A stretch of DNA of 64,000 nt, from contig JAKSLY010000008.1 of the NCBI GenBank assembly GCA_024400955.1, positions 9,115-73,114 on the forward strand, read 5' to 3'. Below the pieces are notes generated by a model. The model saw nothing but the letters and a program-made list of their open reading frames with translations, ran no database searches and was not told where the DNA came from. Made by a program: the position numbers and the translations under genes. Each line of letters starts with the position of its first letter. Positions within the stretch are counted from its first letter, which is position 1. Positions 36,040 to 45,051 of the stretch are shown in pieces. This DNA is from Treponema sp. (GTDB lineage Bacteria; Spirochaetota; Spirochaetia; Treponematales; Treponemataceae).

Positions 36040-37353
36040 ATGGAAAAGACAGTTTGTGAATTGTTTGCGGGAGTTGGTGGCTTCCGTTGTGGTTTAAATG
36101 CAATTAAAACAGTTGAAGATACCAAAAAGAAAGAAAAGTGGAATACGGTTTGGTTTAGTCAATGGGAACCAGGAAAAACTAAACAATGGGCACACGATTG
36201 TTATGTTGAACATTTTGGAACTTCCTTAGATTTGAATGGTGAAGATACAACAAATATTGATATTTCTCAGGTAAACAAAAAAGATATTCCAGACCATAAT
36301 TTATTGGTAGGCGGCTTTCCATGCCAAGATTATTCTGTTGCTAGAAGCTTAAATGGAGAGAAAGGAATAGAAGGAAAAAAAGGTGTCCTCTGGTGGTCAA
36401 TATATGACATACTTAAAACAAAACATACTCCTTTTGTTCTTCTTGAAAATGTAGATCGTCTTTTGAAATCTCCTTCAAAACAAAGAGGAAGAGATTTTGG
36501 AATTATTCTTTCATGCCTTAATGCAGAAGGATATGTGGCTGAATGGAGAGTAATAAATGCTTCCGAATATGGAGCTGGCCAAAGAAGACGAAGAACTTTT
36601 ATTTTTGCATATAAAAACAATACAAACTTTGGAAAATTATTGAATTATGACGATGTAAAATGTCTTCTTCTGAAGAAAGGTTTTTTTGCACAAACGTTTA
36701 CGATAAAAGACTTTGATGAAAAAAGCATAAAGTCAACTGATATTTCTACTGATATTCTTGATGTTTCTAATAACTTTGCATTTGATTTTGAAAATTCTGG
36801 AATTGCAGTAGATGGAAAAATTTATACTGTAAAATCCATAGCAGAAAAAATTACTCCAATAACACTTGGTTTCCTTCTGGAAGATAGAGAAGTTGAAAAG
36901 AAATATTTTATTGCAGATGGAAATTTGTATTATACAAATCCTGAAAGTACACATTCTGATGAAACAGAAGTTGAACTTCCACCAGAAAGCCGTCATACAT
37001 GGCAATATTTGAAGGGGGCAAAAAGAAAATATAGAACTGCTGCAAATGGCCACAAATATATTTATTCAGAAGGTGCAATTCCAATGATTGATGAATGGGA
37101 TGTGCCGGCCCGAACAATGCTTACAAGTGAAAGTAGTTTTAACAGAAGCACACATATTGTAAAAGACAAAGGAAATGGGAAAATCCGCCTTTTGACTCCG
37201 ATGGAAGCTGAAAGAATTCAGGGCTTTCCAGATAATTGGACTGATACGGGAATGCCAGAAAAAATGCGCTATTTCTGCATGGGAAATGCTTTAGTAGTTC
37301 CTATGATTGAAAAAATGGAAAAGACAATAAGTAAGATTTTTAGTGAAGAATAA
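36040..37353 (+). CDS. DNA (cytosine-5)-methyltransferase, M.Sau3AI-like
   Basis: ELFAGVGGF, GGFPCQDYS, LLENVDRLL, QRRRRTFI, RLLTPMEAERIQGFP and MGNALVV. Confidence 0.93.
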   Translation: MEKTVCELFAGVGGFRCGLNAIKTVEDTKKKEKWNTVWFSQWEPGKTKQWAHDCYVEHFGTSLDLNGEDTTNIDISQVNKKDIPDHNLLVGGFPCQDYSVARSLNGEKGIEGKKGVLWWSIYDILKTKHTPFVLLENVDRLLKSPSKQRGRDFGIILSCLNAEGYVAEWRVINASEYGAGQRRRRTFIFAYKNNTNFGKLLNYDDVKCLLLKKGFFAQTFTIKDFDEKSIKSTDISTDILDVSNNFAFDFENSGIAVDGKIYTVKSIAEKITPITLGFLLEDREVEKKYFIADGNLYYTNPESTHSDETEVELPPESRHTWQYLKGAKRKYRTAANGHKYIYSEGAIPMIDEWDVPARTMLTSESSFNRSTHIVKDKGNGKIRLLTPMEAERIQGFPDNWTDTGMPEKMRYFCMGNALVVPMIEKMEKTISKIFSEE

Positions 37354-37383
37354 TTTAATTATGATTTTTTTCTAATTTTATAA

Positions 37384-37488
37384 TCTTTTGAATGCAAGGC
37401 ACAAAGCAAATAGCTTCTGGAAGATGCAAAACGAATGGTAGAAGCGGAGATTGAAAAAATACCTGGCAAAGGCAACGGTCCTGTCTGA
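37384..37488 (+). pseudogene. probable C-terminal remnant of an HsdS-like specificity subunit
   Basis: SFECKAQSK*LLEDAKRMVEAEIEK, no start, one internal stop; resembles the terminal helix of S subunits. Confidence 0.4.
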
Positions 37489-37529
37489 CTATCTTGCATA
37501 TCCATACAGCGAAGAAGCTGCAATGATGT

Positions 37530-38564
37530 TCAGGAACAACTAGCGGGACTTGTCCCCGTTGTCCTGGGGGCCCTGTGTTCCGCCAGAGCAGCAGTCAGTT
37601 TTTCGATGTACTCGCTTCCGCAGTAGTCGTCAAGCATCTGCCTGGCGGAATTCCTTATTCCTTCATCCACAAAACTGTTCAGGAAGACGATCAATGTCAT
37701 TATCATTTCGTCGCATTTTCTGTTTATGGCCATGGACTGCTCTGGCGTAAGGCTTATGGTTCCTTCGTCCTGGGCAAGGACAAGGCTTGAGAATACGGAA
37801 GACACGGAGCAGAACCGTTCCCATTTTTTAAGGTCGGTTATTTTTTCCGTGGAAGAAATTCCTGTGTCTATTGAATAAATGTAGAGCTCATCCCTGATGC
37901 CGACATATTTTTTTGAAAGGTATGCAACGTAAAATGCCATGAGGTAGTCTTCGCCCCAGACTCCAAACATGGGCGGAATGCGTTCCCATGCCCTGATAAA
38001 AAGGTCGCGCCTGATGAGCTTTGCCCAGATGAATGTGTTTATTCCCCCATGGGTGACCATGCAGTCAAAGGCTTGGGGCCCGGAAAGTTCCCCTTCGTGA
38101 ATCAGGTTTGAAGCCTTGTGGGTGCCTTCAAAATCCCTTTTGCTTACCCTTGATTGCAGTTCAGCATTGCCGGAAGAAAAGACAACCTTTGCCCCGCAGT
38201 GGACTATGTCTGACCCTGTTTTATCTGCAAGACCTACAAGTGTTTCCAGTGCCGTGCTTTCCAGGGCGTCGTCGGCGTCAACGCAGAGTATGTATTCACC
38301 GCAGGATGCATAGACTGCTTCCCGTCGGGCTTCCATGCTTCCCTTGTTCTTATACTGTTCGATGTAGGTAAGGTTTATCCCGGACTGCTTCTTGAATTTG
38401 GCGCATATTTTCTTGCAGCTCCATCCGCGCTGGTCCCTGCCCCTGGAGCAGTCGCTTACAACTATTACTTCAAGATCCTTAAGGGTTTGGGCGGCAATGC
38501 TTTCCAGGCAGCGGGGCAGGTATCTTTCGCTGTTGTAGACCGGGATGCAAACGGAAACTTTCAT
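37530..38564 (-). CDS. glycosyltransferase family 2
   Basis: VSVCIPVYNSERYL, VVSDCS, CVDADD, IWAKLIR and GEDY. Confidence 0.9.
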   Translation of the reverse strand: MKVSVCIPVYNSERYLPRCLESIAAQTLKDLEVIVVSDCSRGRDQRGWSCKKICAKFKKQSGINLTYIEQYKNKGSMEARREAVYASCGEYILCVDADDALESTALETLVGLADKTGSDIVHCGAKVVFSSGNAELQSRVSKRDFEGTHKASNLIHEGELSGPQAFDCMVTHGGINTFIWAKLIRRDLFIRAWERIPPMFGVWGEDYLMAFYVAYLSKKYVGIRDELYIYSIDTGISSTEKITDLKKWERFCSVSSVFSSLVLAQDEGTISLTPEQSMAINRKCDEMIMTLIVFLNSFVDEGIRNSARQMLDDYCGSEYIEKLTAALAEHRAPRTTGTSPASCS

Positions 38565-40204
38565 CAGGCTTCTTTAACGCTGTAGATGTGGGCTATGGCC
38601 CCAAGATGGTCTTCCCTTTCTGAAATGTTAAAGTAGCTTCCACTTCTGATGTTGTCAAATTTATAATCGCTTGCGTCAACATCCGTTATGGTTGCATAGG
38701 CTCCAGTGCTAAGCTTGAGCTTTCCAATGAGGCTGCCGTCTGTTTCATCCGGAGTCAGCATGGTAAAGTCAAACTCGTCAGGCTTTATGGCAATGAACCT
38801 GCATGGAATGTAGGTTGATCCACTGGCCGAAAAACCACCCTGATATGGAGTCTGGTTTATGGCACGTCCACCGCTGCCGTAGATTATATTGCCGTAGGCG
38901 TATCTACCGCTTGTGGGGCTTGATCCACTGCTACTACCTTCCCGATAGCAATCAGCCAGGTTTATGAGGGTGTTCCTTATGGCATATACCCTGCCGTTAT
39001 AGACTGCCAAATCCGATATGGTGTTGTATATGAAGGTGTAATACTGATGTGTTGTTGTTGGAGGTTCATCCGTATACATGATGCTGTTATAGTCGCTAAC
39101 GCTGAATTCCCTTATTGCATTGATGGTGTCGTCATCGGTGTAGCTCAGGTAGAGCCTTGGATCACTAAGGCTTCCGCCAGAACCGATTCCATAGGAATAT
39201 ACGCTGTATGTGGAAATGTATTTTTGAGAAGGGTTATCGCTAAAGAAATTGTCATATTTAGGGATTACTGTCGTAACTTCGCCTCTTTTTTCACCGCCAA
39301 CGTAAAGCCTTCCGTTGCATGCGGTCAGTGCCGTGATGATGTCAAATTTCTCAGATGAATAGGTGGTGGTTGCACCTGTAGTCCTGTCAAGGATTGTTAC
39401 CTGCTTTAGTACGGCTGTCCAGTCACCTTCAGACAGGATTGTTGTACCGTATTTAGCTGTCGTGTAGTAAATGTAATTTCCCCATGCAGCAATTCTTTGT
39501 GGAATGCCTGTTATGGAATAGGATTTGCTTTCAACATACTTGTACCGTCCGCCTTCAATGCCAAGGGAATAAACCCTTATGGTGTTTGTGCCGTGTGCGC
39601 TGGTTGTGGATGCCGTTATGAAATTTCCTGCTTCGTCGTAGCAGAAACACTGAAGGTCATCGGCGTTGTCGGTGATGTTGTACCTTGGGTAAGACCATCC
39701 GGGAATGCTTTGGTTCATTGGAAATTTAGCAGGAGCCTTATTAAAAAGGACTGTTCCCTGGATTGAAAGAAGGCTTTTCTTAAGGTCAAGGTTGATGCTG
39801 GTTTGTGCCTGGGAGATTTCGTGGGTTTCCTGGATGTAGTAATATGCGTATTCGTTGGACTGCAGGTAGCTTGATGCGGTGCTTACGTCCGTCATGGCTG
39901 GCAGCGAGGCGTCAAGGATGCTGTCATAGGAAGCTGCACAAATGCTGATTTTTCCATAGTCAACCGTAAATTCCAGTGAGTCTCCCGAATGTCCGGATTT
40001 TGTAGTGTTTGTGCCGTCAGTATTGGTCACGGTTATGATGAAGGTGTATGATGCAGGAACTGCCGCCCTTGTGTTTTCCGGGGCTGGAAGGAGGATGGAT
40101 ACCTTTCCGGAATCGTCGCTGTCGGAGCCAGAAATGATGGCAGAACATCCGATAAATGAAAGCATAAGGAATAATACGGAATAGATATAGAATACTTTTT
40201 TCAT
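38564..40204 (-). CDS. large Ser/Thr/Tyr-rich surface lipoprotein
   Basis: MKKVFYIYSVLFLMLSFIGC lipobox at ATG 40204 behind GGGAG; beta-rich repeats (ITALTACNGRLYVG, ISDLAVYNGRVYAI). Confidence 0.75.
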   Translation of the reverse strand: MKKVFYIYSVLFLMLSFIGCSAIISGSDSDDSGKVSILLPAPENTRAAVPASYTFIITVTNTDGTNTTKSGHSGDSLEFTVDYGKISICAASYDSILDASLPAMTDVSTASSYLQSNEYAYYYIQETHEISQAQTSINLDLKKSLLSIQGTVLFNKAPAKFPMNQSIPGWSYPRYNITDNADDLQCFCYDEAGNFITASTTSAHGTNTIRVYSLGIEGGRYKYVESKSYSITGIPQRIAAWGNYIYYTTAKYGTTILSEGDWTAVLKQVTILDRTTGATTTYSSEKFDIITALTACNGRLYVGGEKRGEVTTVIPKYDNFFSDNPSQKYISTYSVYSYGIGSGGSLSDPRLYLSYTDDDTINAIREFSVSDYNSIMYTDEPPTTTHQYYTFIYNTISDLAVYNGRVYAIRNTLINLADCYREGSSSGSSPTSGRYAYGNIIYGSGGRAINQTPYQGGFSASGSTYIPCRFIAIKPDEFDFTMLTPDETDGSLIGKLKLSTGAYATITDVDASDYKFDNIRSGSYFNISEREDHLGAIAHIYSVKEA

Positions 40205-40327
40205 GCTAATGGTTAACTCCCTCTTATAATTGTGAAGAAAAAGTCCGCCGGTGTCTAGGGGAAAATGGAAAACTGGCTTGAAGAATAAGGGAACTTCCAA
40301 AACTGCGGAAAATTTTATCGGGGCGTT

Positions 40328-40427
40328 GCGGGGTGGGCTACACCCCGCTGGAAGGGGTAGCGGCCAACAGAGCATGAGGGGCAGGGCCACTCATGCGCCG
40401 TGGACGCGAGGGGAAGGCTTTCCCCTC
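40328..40427. repeat. three-hairpin GC-rich intergenic element
   Basis: GCGGGGTG/CACCCCGC, GCATGAG/CTCATGC and GAGGGGAA/TTCCCCTC. Confidence 0.55.
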
Positions 40428-40475
40428 CATAATAAAAAATGGTTAAATCGGGTGGGGCGTGTTATAATGTAAGGT

Positions 40476-41744
40476 ATGATGACTGATTCTAACTTGGACT
40501 TGAATAACATCGATTTGTTTAAACGAAAGCTGTACGGGAAATTCTACGATTTTCTGTATTTTCTGGGCAAATGCTTCCTGCGTGAACACCGTGGATATGT
40601 TGTTGCAGGGATGGCGGAAATCTTTGGCCTGATCTACCATATATTCTTTCTTTTCTATTATAAGAGCCTGAACATTCTTCCAATGTACTACTTTAACATG
40701 TTCAGCGTGACATGCTTCTGCGTTTGCATTTTTCTCCTTGGACAATTCAAGAATGTAAACATCGTCTTCTTCATAACGGTTTTTGAAGTTGTCATACACC
40801 AAATCCTTGCGGATTATTTTCTTGGCTCCATGATAGGTTCCCACTTCCTGATATTGATTCTTGTTGTGTTTCCATATCTGGTGGAGAAGGAACATTTTCA
40901 TGTGGGAATTCCAACTTCCGTTTTCTGCATTCTGGTCTTCTTTGCATGTGAAATCGTCTTCTCAAGGACAAGGCCAATTTACATTCTTTCAAGAAATACG
41001 ATCACGACAATCCGTTACATCAACATCATTGCAAGCATTACTGTCGTCTTTACGCTCATCGTCATCTTTAAGCTTATAATTTCCTACATTGAATATAATC
41101 TGGAACATCTGAACCAAAAGAACAGGGCCCTTTTGGAAAACATTCTTCCAAAGAAAGTCATCAGTAACCTTCAGGAAACGGGACGCACGGATCCAGAACT
41201 GTTCCACAATGTTTCAGTCATGTTTACGGACATTGTTAATTTCACGACCCTTTCCATGGACTTGCCACCGGAAGTTCTGATTTCCGAGCTTAACGACATC
41301 TTTACAAAATTTGATTCCATCATGGACAAGTACAATTGCGTCCGCATAAAGACCATCGGGGATGCCTATCTTGCCGTCTGCGGATTGCCGGAACCGGATC
41401 CAAACCATACGAGAAACATTGTTCATGCAGCGCTGGAATGCCGCGACTATCTTGCAGAAAGGAACAGGACCGCCGCCCATAAGTGGACCATCAGGCTTGG
41501 AGTCAATGACGGTGATGTTGTTGCCGGTATTGTCGGCGTAAAAAAATACATTTACGATGTTTTTGGTGACGCGGTTAATGTTGCAAGCCGAATGGAAAGC
41601 AACAGCGAGGAAATGAAGATCTGCGTTTCCAGGGCCGTTTATGACCAGGTTAAGTCTGACTTCCATTATGTCAGCAGGCAGGAAAAGGAAATCAAGGGAA
41701 AGGGCATGATGGAGATTTTCTTCATTGAAAAGAATGCCCAGTAG
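40476..41744 (+). CDS. membrane-bound class III adenylate/guanylate cyclase
   Basis: About six TMs, LLENILP, MFTDIVNFT, IKTIGDAY, YDVFGDAVNVASRMES and IKGKG. Confidence 0.92.
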   Translation: MMTDSNLDLNNIDLFKRKLYGKFYDFLYFLGKCFLREHRGYVVAGMAEIFGLIYHIFFLFYYKSLNILPMYYFNMFSVTCFCVCIFLLGQFKNVNIVFFITVFEVVIHQILADYFLGSMIGSHFLILILVVFPYLVEKEHFHVGIPTSVFCILVFFACEIVFSRTRPIYILSRNTITTIRYINIIASITVVFTLIVIFKLIISYIEYNLEHLNQKNRALLENILPKKVISNLQETGRTDPELFHNVSVMFTDIVNFTTLSMDLPPEVLISELNDIFTKFDSIMDKYNCVRIKTIGDAYLAVCGLPEPDPNHTRNIVHAALECRDYLAERNRTAAHKWTIRLGVNDGDVVAGIVGVKKYIYDVFGDAVNVASRMESNSEEMKICVSRAVYDQVKSDFHYVSRQEKEIKGKGMMEIFFIEKNAQ

Positions 41745-41784
41745 CATTTGACGGCTGCCTGTCAAAACTTTATCATGGTTCATT

Positions 41785-43371
41785 ATGAATTTAATCTCAC
41801 TTAAGAACTGTTCCGTAAAAAGCAGCGGAAATGTATTAATAGAAAATATTGACTGGAATTACGAAAGCGACCAGGCCTGGCTTTTGACAGGTCCCAATGG
41901 TGGCGGTAAGGCTGACTTTATCAATGCCCTTGCTGGCGACAGGTTATGTTCCTTTTGCCCTGATGAAAAGGACGGTTCCTTCAGTTCCCTGATTTCTGAC
42001 AGCGTTCAGGTTGTGTCGCTGGAAAAGGCGGCTTCCCTGATTCAGGAGGAACGCGACCGCGACGAAAGCGAATACATGGACAGGGAAGACGAGGGCCGTA
42101 CCGGACGTGCATACATTGCAGAAGTTCTTGGCGGTTCCAGCAGGAAGAATGCGCCCCTTCCGGAGATTGCATACAGGCTTGAGTCCATGCCCCAGGTAAA
42201 GCTGTGCGGTGTGGAAAAAATCCTTGACCGGGGACTTCGCTACATGTCCACCGGAGAAATCCGCCGCACCCTTTTATGCCGTGCCCTTCTGTCAGGTGCA
42301 AGGCTTTTGGTCTTGAGTGATCCTTTTGCAGGCCTTGATGCAGAAAGCCGCAGGATTCTCCTTGAGTTTTTTGGCAGCATCGTAAAGAGGCAGAAAACAA
42401 GCGGTGAGGAAAGTTCAGGATTCCCGCGGATCATCCTGAGCATGGAGCGCTACAAGGAAATTCCCGAGAGCATCAACCGTGTCCTTGAATTCCAGGACAG
42501 GAAAATTTCCTTCTGCGGAACCAGGGAAGATTACCAGAGACTTGTGGAAGAACGCCGTGCAAAAAAGGAGGCCCAGCGGCAGGAAGAAAAGCAGAAGTTC
42601 CTTGCCGAGCTCGAGAAGATCCGCACGGAAAGTTCATGCCTTACGGATGCAGTCAATTGCGACGATGTACCGGACAGCCTCATAAAGTTTGACGGGGTCA
42701 ATGTAGGCTGGGGGGAACATAAGGTTCTTGTGGACCTTAAGTGGGAAGTAAGGAAGGGTGAACACTATCTTGTGCGCGGTCCCAACGGTTCCGGCAAGAC
42801 CACCATCATGGAGCTTATTACCGGAGACAACATGCAGGTTTTCCGTGAGCCGGTCTATCTTTTTGGTGCACGCCGCGGAACTGGAGAAACCATCTGGGAC
42901 ATCAAGCGTCGCCTTGGAATCGTAAGCTACCGTCTCCATGTTGAATACAGGATGGTCGGGGGAACTTCCCTGCAGAACGTGATCATTTCCGGCTTTAAGG
43001 ACAGCATCGGCTTATACGAGATGCCAACTGACTTTCAGATTGCAACGGCAAGGGCCTGGCTTAAGCTTGGCGGTTTTGCAGGCCGCGAGAATGAATCCTT
43101 TTCTTCCCTGAGTTATGGGGAACAGCGTGCCGTCTTGATCCTGCGTGCCGCCGTAAAGAATCCAAGGGTTCTTGTCCTTGACGAACCATGCCACGGTCTT
43201 GACGAGGATTACCGCAGCAAGATCCTTGACCTTCTGGAGACGGTTGCAAACACTGGAACAACGACACTTCTCCATGTGACCCACGATCCTACGGAAGTCC
43301 TTGACTGTGAAAGGCACATCCTTGAGCTCCATCCTGGTGAAGACCCCATGTTCAGGATATTGAATGCATAG
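41785..43371 (+). CDS. dual ABC ATPase, ModF-like
   Basis: GPNGGGK / MSTGEIR / SDPFAGLD and GPNGSGKT / LSYGEQR / LDEPCHGLD. Confidence 0.82.
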   Translation: MNLISLKNCSVKSSGNVLIENIDWNYESDQAWLLTGPNGGGKADFINALAGDRLCSFCPDEKDGSFSSLISDSVQVVSLEKAASLIQEERDRDESEYMDREDEGRTGRAYIAEVLGGSSRKNAPLPEIAYRLESMPQVKLCGVEKILDRGLRYMSTGEIRRTLLCRALLSGARLLVLSDPFAGLDAESRRILLEFFGSIVKRQKTSGEESSGFPRIILSMERYKEIPESINRVLEFQDRKISFCGTREDYQRLVEERRAKKEAQRQEEKQKFLAELEKIRTESSCLTDAVNCDDVPDSLIKFDGVNVGWGEHKVLVDLKWEVRKGEHYLVRGPNGSGKTTIMELITGDNMQVFREPVYLFGARRGTGETIWDIKRRLGIVSYRLHVEYRMVGGTSLQNVIISGFKDSIGLYEMPTDFQIATARAWLKLGGFAGRENESFSSLSYGEQRAVLILRAAVKNPRVLVLDEPCHGLDEDYRSKILDLLETVANTGTTTLLHVTHDPTEVLDCERHILELHPGEDPMFRILNA

Positions 43372-43584
43372 GCTTTCCCCTTGGTGGTGGCCTGGTGACT
43401 TGTGGTGGCGGCTGTTAATTTTTGCCGGCCATTATCGGCAGGTAAAAAGGTTTTCTTAATGGTATTGATTAAAAACTGCAAAAAATGTACCATTTAATAT
43501 CTAATGATGTGTCATGTTCAGAATGTGGCATGTCTTTTTATTGTTAAAAATGCCCGGAAGGATTCGGGCGGACAGGAGAAAAAA

Positions 43585-43905
43585 ATGTCATTGAAAAAGT
43601 CTTGGACGAAGGACAAGAAGACTTGTACAGTTACATTCACTGTGAAGGCAAACGAAACACATGGCGCAGAAAAGATTTCGATTGCAGGTGACTTCAACAG
43701 CTGGAGCAGCACAGAAAATCCTCTTACAAAGGGAAAGGATGGTTCTTTTTCTACAAAGCTTAAGCTTGAAGCAGGAAAGGAATACCAGTTCCGCTATCTT
43801 CTCGATGGAAAGCATTGGGAAAACGACTGGGAAGCAGACAAGTACATTCCTGCTCCATTCTCACACACAGATAACTCTGTTGTAATCACTACACCGGAAG
43901 CATAA
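43585..43905 (+). CDS. isoamylase early-set / CBM48-like glycogen-binding protein
   Basis: IAGDFNSW, EYQFRYLLDG and WENDWEAD...DNSV; AGGAG RBS. Confidence 0.85.
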   Translation: MSLKKSWTKDKKTCTVTFTVKANETHGAEKISIAGDFNSWSSTENPLTKGKDGSFSTKLKLEAGKEYQFRYLLDGKHWENDWEADKYIPAPFSHTDNSVVITTPEA

Positions 43906-43922
43906 TTTTTTTTCGGCTCAGG

Positions 43923-43959
43923 AATGACCCCTGGAACTTGGCAGGGGTCGTTTTTTTTT
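43923..43959 (+). terminator. intrinsic terminator
   Basis: AATGACCCCTG-loop-CAGGGGTCGTT followed by a T-run. Confidence 0.75.
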
Positions 43960-43990
43960 CTACATATTTTTTTGACGGGGACTTTGAATC

Positions 43991-44887
43991 ATGGAAAACA
44001 AGACAATTCGTGAAGCTTATGGTGAAATGTTCAAGGCGCTTGCAGAAAATTCCGTTGCTGCGGCCAAAATTGAGAACACAAACGTTTATCAGCCAAAGAA
44101 CGAGAAAAACCGCGTGATCATGGACAAGATGGTGGAAGACAACATTCTTCCTGACAGCCACCTTGAGGGAGTTGAAAATTTCCTGGACTTCTATAATCAG
44201 GTAAAGGCTGGAAAGTCAGGCTTGATTCTCATGGAACATTACGCCAACACAGACCTTCCTGCAATCCTTTACATGCTTGAGCACAGCGGAAACAAGGACC
44301 TTGCAGACCTTTCAAACAGGATTGTTGCCATTGCCGGCATGAAGCTTAATGAAGATGATCCAATTGTCCGTGCCTATGCAGAAAGCTTTACCCGCGTCGT
44401 AATCTATCCGACAAGAAGCCTTGAGAAGGTTGAAATGTCTGCGGAAGATGCTGCAAAGGCAAAGGAAGAAGAACAGAAGGCCCGCAAGATCAACCTTGCA
44501 GCCATGCGTGCCATGGATGAATGCAAGCGTCGCGGCGAGGTAATCCTTGTCTTCCCATCGGGAACACGCTACAGGCCTGGCCATCCGGAAACAAAGAGGG
44601 GACTTCGTGAAATCGACAGCTACCTGCGCCTTTTTGACATCATGATTCTTGTCAGCGCAAACGGCACAATCCTCAAGATTCAGGAAGGAAAGGAAGACAT
44701 GCTCAGCGACCTGGTATGCCAGGACAAGCTTATCTTTACTGCAAGCCCTGTAATTGAATGCAAGAAGATGAGGGCTGAATACCTTGCATCCCTTCCTGCA
44801 GATGAGGCTGACCCAAAGCAGAAGATGATCGATCATGTAATGCAGATTCTTGAAGAACAGCACGACAGAATCGAAGCCATAAGATAA
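43991..44887 (+). CDS. glycerol-3-phosphate / 1-acyl-G3P acyltransferase
   Basis: EHYANTD (HxxxxD), VFPSGTR and GLREIDSY. Confidence 0.8.
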   Translation: MENKTIREAYGEMFKALAENSVAAAKIENTNVYQPKNEKNRVIMDKMVEDNILPDSHLEGVENFLDFYNQVKAGKSGLILMEHYANTDLPAILYMLEHSGNKDLADLSNRIVAIAGMKLNEDDPIVRAYAESFTRVVIYPTRSLEKVEMSAEDAAKAKEEEQKARKINLAAMRAMDECKRRGEVILVFPSGTRYRPGHPETKRGLREIDSYLRLFDIMILVSANGTILKIQEGKEDMLSDLVCQDKLIFTASPVIECKKMRAEYLASLPADEADPKQKMIDHVMQILEEQHDRIEAIR

Positions 44888-44925
44888 TTATTGCATGCCC
44901 GGGGCGTTTATGTTCCGGCTCATTG

Positions 44926-44970
44926 GGGCACCTTAAAGACAGCCTAAAGTCTTGGGTGCCTCTTTTTTTT
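44926..44970 (+). terminator. intrinsic terminator
   Basis: GGGGCACCT..AAGAC / GTCTT..GGGTGCCTC followed by a T-run. Confidence 0.65.
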
Positions 44971-45051
44971 CTAAGATTTGTTTTTGATTCTTCCGATACT
45001 TATAAAGTAGAGTACTGTCTTTTATGAAAGTGCTTTGCAAGCGAGTGAAGT

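Noticed and set aside
40205-40390. N-terminal extension of the 608-aa ORF
   Set aside because: It runs through the hairpin element; the lipoprotein signal and RBS place the start at 40204.
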